Below the pieces are notes generated by a model. That model did not search any database. It was given only the letters and a program-made list of their open reading frames with translations, and was not told the DNA's origin. This document shows, in pieces, positions 20,286 to 30,500 of a DNA stretch of 64,000 nt (within the stretch, counting starts at the first letter, position 1; every line of letters begins with the position of its first letter). Origin of the DNA: Candidatus Poribacteria bacterium. GTDB lineage: Bacteria > Poribacteria > WGA-4E > JAJDTR01. The translations under genes were made by a program, and so were the position numbers. The DNA is taken from contig OZ246960.1 in the NCBI GenBank assembly GCA_965232235.1, positions 1,132,479-1,196,478 of the forward strand, read 5' to 3'.

Positions 20286-20767
20286 TGTGGAGTTCCTCCT
20301 TTGCCTTCAGGTCCGTAGCAGAGATTGAGTGAGCGAATAACGAGTAATACGTACTATCGCCCTCGATATTCACTCGGTTGATCGATAGAAATCCACTAGC
20401 CACTAAACACTTACCTTTTCCTTATGAACCACGGCAACTTGGGCAAGCCTTGCAGATAAGAGCGTACGTTTCCTTACACAGCGCAACATTCATGCCAGTG
20501 GAAAACCCAATCATACCGCTCCGGAAGACGGTTTTCGTGGCTCCGGTGCACGGAATAGGTCAGGGATTTCATTCCCATTGCCCTGCACGGTGCAGAAGCA
20601 GGAGGAAAATTGGCGGGCTGCTTTGTAGGAGCGATCTCTGAATCGCGACAAGTCGGGAATCGGGAGGGATTATTTAACGCACTGCGATCACTATCGCCTT
20701 AGGAACTCTATCGCGCTCCCTATCCGGTCGCTTGATCTATTCGCTCAGTTGATCTCCCTGATTCGCG

Positions 20768-20796
20768 TTGACATCAAATTTAAAGTATGGTACGAT
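20768..20796 (+). promoter_or_regulatory. conserved promoter of PhyH paralog 2 locus
   Basis: TTGACA (20768-20773), 17-nt spacer, TACGAT (20791-20796). Homologous to 12470-12498. Confidence 0.45.
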
Positions 20797-20905
20797 GATT
20801 TTTCGTTTTGACGAGGGCGCAGCAAAGAGATATTGTCGTTTTGACGGTCGGCTATGGCGCTCCCGAATGAGTCCGCACGTCAAGGTGATTTTCAGGAGAG
20901 GATCT

Positions 20906-21202
20906 ATGCCAAAAGTTCAGGACATCTTAGTGTTCTTCCAAACAAGCCCCGGTCTCGACATCACCCCGTCCGCGTGGTCGCGGTACGAAGCGTCGAAGGG
21001 GACGGGGATCAAGAATCTTGTCGAGGAGACGGAACCCCCCTACAAACACGCGTTGGCGGCGATGCGCGACGGATGGCAGGTCATCCAGATGAGCGAAATG
21101 AAGCATCGCAGCGCCGACGACGGATACGAACTTGGACCGCTGCCGTATCAGACGGTGTTGTCCCGGTTCAATGAACTACAAGACACGGAGGAAGGTTCAT
21201 AA
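20906..21202 (+). CDS. small hypothetical protein inserted between the conserved promoter and PhyH paralog 2
   Basis: RBS 'AGGAGAGGATCT' then ATG 20906. 98 aa. Stop overlaps the PhyH start (TAATG). No counterpart at the paralog-1 locus. Confidence 0.35.
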   Translation: MPKVQDILVFFQTSPGLDITPSAWSRYEASKGTGIKNLVEETEPPYKHALAAMRDGWQVIQMSEMKHRSADDGYELGPLPYQTVLSRFNELQDTEEGS

Positions 21203-22011
21203 TGAACGAGCATCTCATCTCATCCAAGGAAATGGCGCAATTTGTGGCTTCCGGCTACCTGAAGTTCGAAGAGATGGTGCCGAAAGATCTGTCCGACGCA
21301 TGCCTTGAGGACATGAAAAACCACCGCGGTTATCTTGAGGTCGGCACGCCGTTCGAGGAGACGTGGCCAAATGGCTCCCCGCTCGGCGATGTGTTCCGTC
21401 TGCCGCAGGTCAAAGGGCTTATCCATTCTTTGGTCGGTCCGAATCCGGTGTATGACCACCACGCGGTGCATCTGTTGCGGGCAAACAGCATGGCGGGACC
21501 GAACATGCACCAAGACTCGGTCATCGACTTCCGCGAGAACTATTACGACATCCAGTTGTCGTTCTTCGCGCACGACACCCCCGACGAGATGGGGGGTACG
21601 TTCCTGATCCCCGGCTCCCATTTCCGAAACGTGCGCACGTTCGAGGTTAAACTCTACCAACAAGTCGCCGGCAAAATCTGGGCGACATGCCCGGCGGGGA
21701 CGATGTATGTCTGGAACACACGCGTTTGGCACGGCGCGCGCAGCAACCATACCGATCAGGACCGGTATATGTACAAGCTGCGGCTCAATCCGTCGCAACC
21801 CCAGGTTCGCAATTTCGATACGTCCGATATCGACGACCCGAAGATCGGAAGTATTCTGTCGAAGGGTCACGGCTGGGAAGGGAATGACATGCGCTATGAA
21901 ATCATGAAGCGCGTCCAGATGTGGCGCTACGTCTCCGATCAGCCGGACTTTGACATCGGCGAGCGCTTCATGCGCCGAATCGAGTACCAACCGCAGCGGA
22001 TGTCGGCATAA
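21202..22011 (+). CDS. PhyH-family Fe(II)/2OG dioxygenase, paralog 2
   Basis: 269 aa. 'HQDSVIDF' and 'WHGARSNH' motifs. Close paralog of 12579-13388. Confidence 0.6.
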   Translation: MNEHLISSKEMAQFVASGYLKFEEMVPKDLSDACLEDMKNHRGYLEVGTPFEETWPNGSPLGDVFRLPQVKGLIHSLVGPNPVYDHHAVHLLRANSMAGPNMHQDSVIDFRENYYDIQLSFFAHDTPDEMGGTFLIPGSHFRNVRTFEVKLYQQVAGKIWATCPAGTMYVWNTRVWHGARSNHTDQDRYMYKLRLNPSQPQVRNFDTSDIDDPKIGSILSKGHGWEGNDMRYEIMKRVQMWRYVSDQPDFDIGERFMRRIEYQPQRMSA

Positions 22012-22249
22012 GCCAGTGGTCAGTGGCTAGCGGCAAGGCCTGTTGGCATTTGTAACCCAACCCATGCGAGGCGAGAAATAGTAGTAGTCACGCTGCGCTT
22101 GACTGAGCACGAACTCGTAGGGGTTGGGTTTCCCAACCCGTTGGGCGAGGATCAACCGACTGGATAAGGAAGGTTCAAGTGACCGAATAGGGAACGCGAT
22201 AGAACTCCCATAGAGATCTTGCCTCGCCCCTACAAACGCACATTTACCG

Positions 22250-23884
22250 GTGAACTGGGATCAAGCGAACGAAGATATCAACCGACATAACAACGAGCAA
22301 TCAAGCCACCGAACAAGGAAGGTGATACAAATCTCTTCTAAAGAACTGCATCCCGGAAAACAAACCTTCATTGATGACTTCTTCATCGAATCGATGGACG
22401 GCGCGCACCGCGTGCTTAACCCGGCGGAAAAGCTGACCGTCGACGAGCCATTGAACATCATTACCCCGGACCAACCGTGGGAAAACGATGACGCCGAGAG
22501 CACCGGCAATTTCGCGTACGATGAAGTGAATCAAACATTTCGCATGTACTACCACGGCGTGAATTCGCAGGTATGCGTTCTGGAGTCGAAAGACGCGGTC
22601 CACTGGGAACGTCCGATCCTGGGCTTGGTCGAGTTTAACGGTTCCAAAGCCAACAACATTACGAACTGCCCATCCCATATAGGCGCCATCCTCTGCGATC
22701 CGCATGAAACCGACGAAGCGTACCGCTGGAAGCGGATCGAATTTGCACCTCAAGGGGTTGGACCCGACGGCGAGCGGGTGTGGTGTGCCTATTACTCACG
22801 GGACGGATACGATTGGAAACTGTATCCGCCGGGCACGCACAGCAGTCAGACGCAGCTCTTCGCCTTCGGTTCACGGCGAGAGACCTTCGGTGGTCCAATC
22901 GATCCCGACGCGCCCTATGTGTGGTACACGCAGCGGGGTTCGAGCCGGCGCACCCGCGTTCTGGGACGCCGCGACAGCCAAGATTTTCTCAACTGGTCGG
23001 GGCTGCGCACGGTGATTGAACAAGATCTCGACGACCCTATCGGAACCGAGTTCTACAGCGCCAGTTTTGACGCGGCGAACCGCACGGATGGCGGCTTGCA
23101 TATCATCATGCTCAACACCTACTTGACCGACATAACCGAGCCTTACGCAATCGAGGATCCGGAGAATTACTGGGGCGCGGAGAAAGGTCCCGCCGTAATT
23201 CCGGCGCGGATTGACGGGTTCGTCGACACGCAGCTGGCGGTTAGCCGCAACACCGTACACTGGAAACGCTACCGCGAACCGTTTATCCCGCGCGGCAACC
23301 CCGGCGCCTGGGATTGGGGGATGCTTTATGGCGGAGAGCCTATAACACATCACGGAAAAATCCTATTCTTCTACAACGGTTATCGCGAAACCCATAACGG
23401 TCGATCCCCGCAACCCTACGTAAAGCGCTATTCGGCGGGAATGGAAAAAGCAAAGGGGCTGGCTTCCTTGCGCCTTGACGGCTATGTCAGCGTGGAAGCG
23501 GTCTCCTACGCGCCCGGCATATTGACAACGCACCGTTTCCGCCAGGAATCGGGCGGTACCATCGGAGTCAATGTCGACGCTTCGGCGGGCGAGTTGCGGT
23601 ACGAAGTCTTGGAGGACACGGGCGATCCCATCCCCGGCTACACCGTCGCAGAGTGCGACCCCATCCGCACGGACACCGCAAACGGCGTATTATCTTGGAA
23701 CGGCGTTTCCGGTTGGCCCGGCTTGAGCGACGAGCGGCAGGGGAGATATCCCAACTTGCAGAAGGAGGAGTTCTACATCAAGTTGCGGTTCTATATTTCT
23801 CCGGGCGCCAAACTCTACTCCCTAACGCTAGACCCGCCCGAAGTCACCGCATGGGGCGTCAAGGTCAGGGGGAGAATTGATTAA
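22250..23884 (+). CDS. glycoside-hydrolase-like protein (5-bladed beta-propeller + C-terminal beta-sandwich; GH32/43/117/130-type fold suspected)
   Basis: 544 aa. Repeated Asp/Trp-rich blades ('PDQPWENDD', 'YYSRDGYDW', 'WDWGMLYGGEP'). C-terminal 'LRLDGYVSVEA' sandwich-like segment. The start codon is uncertain and no signal peptide is seen. Confidence 0.35.
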   Translation: MNWDQANEDINRHNNEQSSHRTRKVIQISSKELHPGKQTFIDDFFIESMDGAHRVLNPAEKLTVDEPLNIITPDQPWENDDAESTGNFAYDEVNQTFRMYYHGVNSQVCVLESKDAVHWERPILGLVEFNGSKANNITNCPSHIGAILCDPHETDEAYRWKRIEFAPQGVGPDGERVWCAYYSRDGYDWKLYPPGTHSSQTQLFAFGSRRETFGGPIDPDAPYVWYTQRGSSRRTRVLGRRDSQDFLNWSGLRTVIEQDLDDPIGTEFYSASFDAANRTDGGLHIIMLNTYLTDITEPYAIEDPENYWGAEKGPAVIPARIDGFVDTQLAVSRNTVHWKRYREPFIPRGNPGAWDWGMLYGGEPITHHGKILFFYNGYRETHNGRSPQPYVKRYSAGMEKAKGLASLRLDGYVSVEAVSYAPGILTTHRFRQESGGTIGVNVDASAGELRYEVLEDTGDPIPGYTVAECDPIRTDTANGVLSWNGVSGWPGLSDERQGRYPNLQKEEFYIKLRFYISPGAKLYSLTLDPPEVTAWGVKVRGRID

Positions 23885-23963
23885 TCTATCCCTGTAGAGC
23901 GATCTCCCGGTCGCGATTTGTTGAGTGATCGACGTTATGGCCGCGATTCCGTAAATCTTTGAA

Positions 23964-24773
23964 ATGGGCATACAAGACATGTTAGTTTCCGATAAAATCG
24001 GTGCGGAGGTTGCACCGCACCTGATACAACTCAGGCAAGAGGGCTGGTGCGTGCTGGAGGGTGTCATCCCCGAATCCGAAATCGACTCCGTGCGTGAATA
24101 TGTCGCGGCGTCGAGTGAGAAGGCGCTTGAGGCGTACACAAATGACTGGATAAGCATCATTGCCGGCGTACCCGATTTCGCGCCCTACCTCGCCGACGAG
24201 AGCGTGTTGGGGATTGTCAAGACTATGTTCAATCACCCGCACGTGCGAATCGCTCAAACCGAGCTGAAGACTATCGCGCCGCAAAACGGCGACGCACTTC
24301 TCCGTACCTACCATTCCGATTGGCCGCATGATCTCCGAGATCTATCGAAATCCGGGCATATCCACCAACCCTTCCCCGACATCACGATGGCGGTTATCAC
24401 GCTGTGGATGATCTCGCCGTTTACGAAAGAGAACGGCGGCACCTGGATTGTGCCGCGCAGCCACCGTGACACACGGAATCCGCGGGGAAACGACGGCATC
24501 GACCAGAACAAACCGATTCCGAACGAGATGCAGGTGACGGGCAGCGCCGGTAGCGTGCTGATGACGGACAGCCGTATTTGGCACACCGCCACGGCAAATC
24601 TGAGCGATGAGCCGCGGATTGCACTGTTGGCGCGCTATATTCCGTGGTGGGTCAGCGTGGAGATGGGGAAGCGCAATCGGGTGACGATACCGGCGGAGGT
24701 GTTCGCCGCCTTCCCGGAGAACGTGAAGCCGTTGTACCAGCACCGCGTGGATGTAGGAGGATCAAACGAGTGA
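23964..24773 (+). CDS. PhyH-family Fe(II)/2OG dioxygenase, divergent third copy
   Basis: 269 aa. 'YHSDWPHD' (HxD) and distal 'IWHTATAN' His. Cupin-like. Confidence 0.55.
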   Translation: MGIQDMLVSDKIGAEVAPHLIQLRQEGWCVLEGVIPESEIDSVREYVAASSEKALEAYTNDWISIIAGVPDFAPYLADESVLGIVKTMFNHPHVRIAQTELKTIAPQNGDALLRTYHSDWPHDLRDLSKSGHIHQPFPDITMAVITLWMISPFTKENGGTWIVPRSHRDTRNPRGNDGIDQNKPIPNEMQVTGSAGSVLMTDSRIWHTATANLSDEPRIALLARYIPWWVSVEMGKRNRVTIPAEVFAAFPENVKPLYQHRVDVGGSNE

Positions 24774-25250
24774 ATAGATCAAGCGACCGGATAGGGAGCG
24801 CGATAGAGATCTTATACCATTTCGCCTGAATAACAGTGCATATAGTGCTTTCCATATACCATTTTGACAACTATTGCCCTTACACCAAACCCCGTAGGCG
24901 GGAATCAAACGAGCGAATAGATCAAGCAAGCGAATAGCGCGCGCGATAGGGATCCTAGTGCGATAGAGATCCCCTTGCCCCGCTTTGGAGAGACTTGATT
25001 GACGTTATTAATGCACCGCCAATAAATAGAAATGGTATTAGATGTCAATAGAACACGATCCCTCCCCGCGTCTGCACTCCAGAGGACCAAACGAACGAAT
25101 AGATCAAGCGACTGGATAGGGAGCGCGATAGAGATCTTAGTGCGATAGTAGATCCTGTGCAATGTCAATAGAATCGTGATGCGTCCAATCTCCGCGCTCC
25201 AAAGGAGATCAAGCGACTGGATAAGGAGCGCGATAGAGATCTTCAATGTG
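24760..25250. repeat. cluster of four ~65-bp degenerate repeat units at irregular 120-180-bp spacing
   Basis: Units at ~24763, 24905, 25086 and 25205, of the form '(C)AAACGA(A/G)CGAATAGATCAAGCGACTGGATAGGGAGCGCGATAGAGATC'. They are interleaved with 'ATGTCAATAGAA' sub-repeats. Called ORFs on the minus strand (24905-25402) are repeat-derived. Confidence 0.6.
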
Positions 25251-25678
25251 TATAGCGCATCATAAATTGACACTCGATTTTCGCTCTGCGACTGGCTTTG
25301 AGCAAGTGTTACTTGAGAGCGCTCCATTATCCCTATCGGAATAATTCTTTCAGCAAGCAACACTTTTGTACCGCAAACTGTTAGTTTGCGATCACAATCC
25401 ATCAGCGGTACACGTTCATTGTTCGCTCTATGACTGGCTTTCCGAGAGTGTTACTAGGTAGAAACATTGGACAAAACATTTCGTGACCCACATTACAGCA
25501 TGTATCACGATCTTTTGGGAGTTAGGGCCATTTAGGCCTATGGAAATCATTGTTGTCCTGGGTCTGGAAAGACCCAGGAGTCAACACATTACTGCACCTG
25601 TGGATGTTCAGGAATGACCTCTTAAAGCCCGATAAGGCACACCTGATATTCTCACACGGAGAATGTGGAGGAAATACT

Positions 25679-27262
25679 ATGTCCAAACTTTCTATCGGTG
25701 TTATTGATCTTGTTGCTAAGGGACCAACGCGAAATTTGTGGGCACGCACCATGCACGCCAATCTCGCAAGCATCATGCCCCAGGTAATCGCGACCTGGTG
25801 TGAAGAAGAGGGACACACTGTCACGTATATGTGTTATACCGGTCTTGAAAACATCCTCGAAGAATTCCCAAAAACTCTCGATGTTCTTATTATCGGGACA
25901 TTTTCGCAGGGTGCCCAACTGGCATACGCGCTGAGCAATTTTTTCCGCTCGCGAGGTGCGGTCACCGTGCTTGGAGGGGCCCACGCTCGCTGCTATCCTG
26001 AAGATGCTCAGAAGTATTTCGATTATGTCCTCGGCTTTACGGACAGAACTGTCATTCGAGATCTTTTGCAAGATTATTCTCCACAGCGACCTATCGGTGT
26101 TCAGCTCTCAGCAAATGGACAACCGGTGACGCTGCCAAGTGTACGGGAGCGTTGGAAGTTCATAGAACTCACTCATCGCAAGGCGCCATGGATCAAGGGA
26201 GTCCCGATGCTCGGTAGTATGGGGTGCCCATACACTTGTAGCTTCTGTATCGATTCAGTTGTTCCCTATCAACCTCTGGACTTTGATGTCATCAAGGCAG
26301 ACCTACGTTTCCTCTTGGGAAAGTTTAAGCGTCCAATTGTTGGCTGGCACGATCCGAACTTCGGCATTCGATTCGACGATTACCTATCTGCAATAGAGGA
26401 GGCGGTTCCGCCGGGCAGCATTGACTTCCTTGCCGAAAGCAGTTTGGCACTTCTCTCGGAACCACACATGAAACGGCTCAAGCAAAACGGATTTAAGGCT
26501 CTATTGCCCGGAATTGAGTCGTGGCAGGATTTCGGTAACAAATCGAAAACCGGAAATCAACAAGGAATTGATAAAGTTCGACAAGTCTCGGAACAGGTTA
26601 ACATGATTCTGAGATACGTCCCCTATGTTCAAACTAACTTCGTGTTTGGACTCGACACTGACGAAGGACCTGAGCCGTTTGAACTCACAAAACTTTTCCT
26701 CAATATGACCCCTGGTGCCTATCCTGCCAATTCGTTACTAACGTCGTACGGACAAGCGGCACCTCTCAACCTTGAATATCAACGGTTGGAGCGCGTTCTG
26801 CCCATTCCATTTTACTTCCTTGACAGCAGCCGCGGGATGAATGTCAAGCCAAGAAATTATGCCTGGGATGAGTTCTACGATAACGTCGTTAATTTGACTC
26901 AACACAACATTTCATGGAGGTATCTTCTTAGCAGTCATAAGGCGATTTCCGATTTCACCCCTCGGTGGGTAAACTTTATCCGAGCCCTGTCATGGTTTGA
27001 TCGACTCAAGTATTTTCGTGAAATCCGGCGGAGGCTTGATGAAGATCCGCAGTTCCGACCTTTCTTTGAGGGGGAGACGACAGAAATTCCACAGTTCTAT
27101 GTGGAACGGATTCGCAAAAGCTTAGGGACGCTATGGGAGTGGCTCCCAGAAGGTGCTTTGCATCATGACCCTAACGCCTATCTCAAGTCCGAGGCAAACA
27201 AATCGTTCACGTCGTTAAATGTTGCAGGTCAAGTAGAATTGGAGAACGTGAGTTCGTTTTAA
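25679..27262 (+). CDS. B12-binding-domain radical SAM protein (class B rSAM)
   Basis: GGAGG RBS then ATG 25679. N-terminal Rossmann-like B12-binding domain, then 'GCPYTCSFC' (CxxxCxxC), the radical-SAM 4Fe-4S motif. 527 aa. Confidence 0.7.
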   Translation: MSKLSIGVIDLVAKGPTRNLWARTMHANLASIMPQVIATWCEEEGHTVTYMCYTGLENILEEFPKTLDVLIIGTFSQGAQLAYALSNFFRSRGAVTVLGGAHARCYPEDAQKYFDYVLGFTDRTVIRDLLQDYSPQRPIGVQLSANGQPVTLPSVRERWKFIELTHRKAPWIKGVPMLGSMGCPYTCSFCIDSVVPYQPLDFDVIKADLRFLLGKFKRPIVGWHDPNFGIRFDDYLSAIEEAVPPGSIDFLAESSLALLSEPHMKRLKQNGFKALLPGIESWQDFGNKSKTGNQQGIDKVRQVSEQVNMILRYVPYVQTNFVFGLDTDEGPEPFELTKLFLNMTPGAYPANSLLTSYGQAAPLNLEYQRLERVLPIPFYFLDSSRGMNVKPRNYAWDEFYDNVVNLTQHNISWRYLLSSHKAISDFTPRWVNFIRALSWFDRLKYFREIRRRLDEDPQFRPFFEGETTEIPQFYVERIRKSLGTLWEWLPEGALHHDPNAYLKSEANKSFTSLNVAGQVELENVSSF

Positions 27263-27588
27263 GTAACTTTCGACAATAAATCTCGCATTTTAACGAAATC
27301 ACGGCGCGCTAGCTACGCGGCCGTCCTGCTGGATTGACAAATCCAGCAAACCTCTCTCTAGCTACTCAGCTTTCATTCTTTCGCTCCAGAGGATCGGAAT
27401 GTCTGTAGAACACCGATTGCTTCAATATTCTGCACAGAGGAGATAAAGTGACCGATTAGGAAGAGCGATAGAGTTCCCATAGAAAATCCCATTACGCATA
27501 GCTTTACACCTGTATCGTGTTATCCGAATCGGAGCACCTTGCGTAAGTTCTGTGAACAAGAAGCTGGTTAACCACAAGGAGACACTCT

Positions 27589-30500
27589 ATGTTCAAAAAT
27601 CATTCTATTTCTGCCTTGATTTGCTTACTGTTCCTCACTGTAGGTTTTCAACATGTGTCCGCCCAATCACAGTTAGCCCAAGACACCTAAGCCATCTTTG
27701 AAGCGACTTGCCTGAACTGCCACGGCCCCGATGGCGCCTTTCGAGAAACACTCCTCATGGAACACAGCGAGCTTATTGACGGAGGCACTGTTGTTCCCGG
27801 AAATCCGAATGCCTCCGAGTTGTACAAGCGCCTCCTCGGTCCGACCGATAACGGCGTACAGATGCCGTTCGGTCAACCCCAGCTGCCCGCTCAATCCATT
27901 GACACAATCCGACGTTGGATTTTAGCCGGCGCACCCGAATGGTCGACAACTCGCATCACCGATGGTCGCTTTATCTCTCCTGCAGAAATTCTTGATACCA
28001 TTGAGACCCACCTCAACACCCTCTCATCGTTTGACCGCGCTTTTGCCCGATACTTCACACTCACCCATCTCTACAACGCGGGCGAGACACTCGAGATACT
28101 CAGTGAGTACCGCAATGCGCTCAACAAACTGGTCAACAGTCTTTCATGGGGAAGTACTATCACCAACCCGAAGCCCATCAACCCCCAAGCTACAATCTAC
28201 TACATCGACCTGCGGCATTACGAATGGGATGTCAACGACGGCTGGACGAAGATTGAGGAAGCGTATCCCTATCACATCTCGTTTCCTGAACATCTTGGGC
28301 TGCGTAATCAACTGGGGCGCTTGCAGGCACAGATGAAGACCGATGTGCCATCCGTGCATGTCGACTGGTTTATTGCGAACGCATCCACTCCTCCATTATA
28401 CCACGCCCTGCTTTCACTGCCGTTGACGGACAGGGACTTGGAGACCCGGCTGGAGGTTGATGTCGCTCGAAACCTTATCAACGCGCCCGGAGTTCGCGTG
28501 TGGCGGGCGGGGTTCAACAATTCCGGCGTCTCAAATCACAATCGCGTCGTAGAACGCCACATTTCTCGTTATGGAGCCTATTGGAAAAGCTACGACTTTG
28601 CAGGCAGTGTCGGGACACAGAATATCTTAACCAATCCTCTCTCGTTCACGCACGATGGCGGGGAGGCAATCTTCAATCTCCCAAACGGGTTGCAAGGTTA
28701 CTACCTTGCCAACTCCTCCGGTTTCCGGTTAGACGAAGCGCCGATAAACATTGTATCCAACCCGGCTGCCAGCGACCCCACGGTGCGCAACGGCATCTCC
28801 TGTATCGGTTGCCATACGGAGGGCATGAAAACATTTGACGACGAGGTGCGATCGGTAATTGAAAGCAATGCCAATCCGCCTTACAACAAAGCGCAGGCGC
28901 TGCGACTCTATGTGGAACAGTCAGTCATGGATGCCCGTGTAAGTGAAGACATGGACACATACAGGGTAGCGCTTGAAGCCACGGGTGGTACGTTTGGCGG
29001 TGTTGAGCCGGTTTCACGTTTCCACGAAGCGTTTCAGGGACCGATTGATGCAGCGTATGCTGCTGCTGTAGTCGGGTTGCAGACTGACACCTTCCTCGCA
29101 AGGGTACGTGAGAAAACCGGACTTCAGAACGTTGGCTTGCTGGCGCTGGACAACCCAAACGGGAGTGTGAAGCGAGACACCTGGACCTCTAGTTTTAGAG
29201 ACATAATTTCCGCATTGGACTACCCGGATCGGGTTGGAGAACCCCCGGTTGTGACGCAGCCCGATGTGTTACCGGGTGGGTATGTCCATATTCCGGACCC
29301 GAACCTTCGCACCTTCATCGCCGCTGAACTTGACAAACGCCCCAATGCTCCGATAACAGCGGAGGAGATGAAACGATTAAAAAACCTAGATCTGTGCAAG
29401 GGTGGGTGCGAAAAGGGTATCCGAGATTTGACAGGAGTGCAGTTTGCGATAAATCTAAGTCGGATAAATATATCACATAATCAGGTCTCCGACCTCTCAC
29501 CCATAGCGGGTTTAATCGAGTTGCGCGAACTCTGGATTACCGACAACCCTGTATCCGATATATCCCCTGTGAGAGGGTTAACCAACCTTACTCACCTAGG
29601 ATTTGAGCGCTGTCAGGTGTCCGATATATCTCCCGTGAAAGGTTTAATCAACCTCACTCACCTATACGTTCTGAGAAATACCATAACTGACCTGTCGCCG
29701 GTAGCGGGTTTAATTGAATTGCGCGAGCTCTTGACTCTTAATAACCTCTTTTCCGATATATCTCCCGTAAGAAACCTGACAAAACTCGTTCACTTAAATT
29801 TCGATAACACTTTGGTATCCGATATATCCGCTCTTGCGGGACTCATCAATTTGGAGCTTTTGGGTTTTACCAGTGCCCAAGTCTCCGATCTATCGCCGCT
29901 CGCGGGATTGATAAATCTGAGACATCTAAATATTCATCATAACTTCATATCCGACCTGTCCGCACTTACTGAATTAGTCGAATTGACGCATTTAGATTTT
30001 AGAGACAATCTCATTTCGGACTTAACTCCGTGTTCAGGCTTAACCAAATTGGTAGAATTGGAGCTTGATGGTAACAGAATATCGGATGTATCGCCCCTTG
30101 CAGGACTAACCGGGTTAAATCGTCTGGACATTTCATCCAATGCCATATCGGATGTATCGCCCCTTGCAGGCTTGACCAACTTAAAATGGTTAAGGGTTGC
30201 AGACAACGACATCTCGGATGTGTCGCCGCTTGCGAGGTTAACCAACCTGAGGTGGCTGGGGGTCTATAACAACAGAATCACTGACCTGTCACCTCTGAAA
30301 GGGTTACGCGAAAATACAACTCTGCTTTGGCACGGTAATCCGGTATTTCCCACAGACGCGCCGAAAATCGACGCCTCCTGGTTATGGGTTGTATTACCGT
30401 ACGTCCAGCCGAGTGGCAGTGAGGATTTACTATCAAAAGCGAGTGGTGGGACGGTGACAGAGGTGGAGGTCGCTACCCACGGCGCAATAGAGGGACAAGC

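Noticed and set aside
24760-25250. Possible CRISPR array (repeat units at irregular spacing), and likewise 8850-9830
   Set aside because: Repeats are ~65 bp, degenerate at 70-90% identity, and unevenly spaced at 119-181 bp. No cas genes are nearby. I interpret them as dispersed-repeat clusters.
24905-25402. 165-aa ORF on the minus strand
   Set aside because: It lies wholly within the repeat cluster and its repeated peptide segments ('ISIALLIQSLDL') mirror the DNA repeats.
25557-25577. Cobalamin riboswitch upstream of the B12-rSAM gene
   Set aside because: Only a short hairpin (CTGGGTCT-GGAA-AGACCCAG) is present. I cannot recognise the B12-box or the multi-stem architecture, so it is not called. 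An Rfam scan is needed.
27757-27759. Using the first downstream ATG (MEHSELID) as the true start of the giant protein
   Set aside because: It would remove both the signal peptide and the CxxCH motif, which are in frame upstream. A T9SS cargo with no Sec signal is implausible, so the gene is annotated from 27589 with the TAA flagged.
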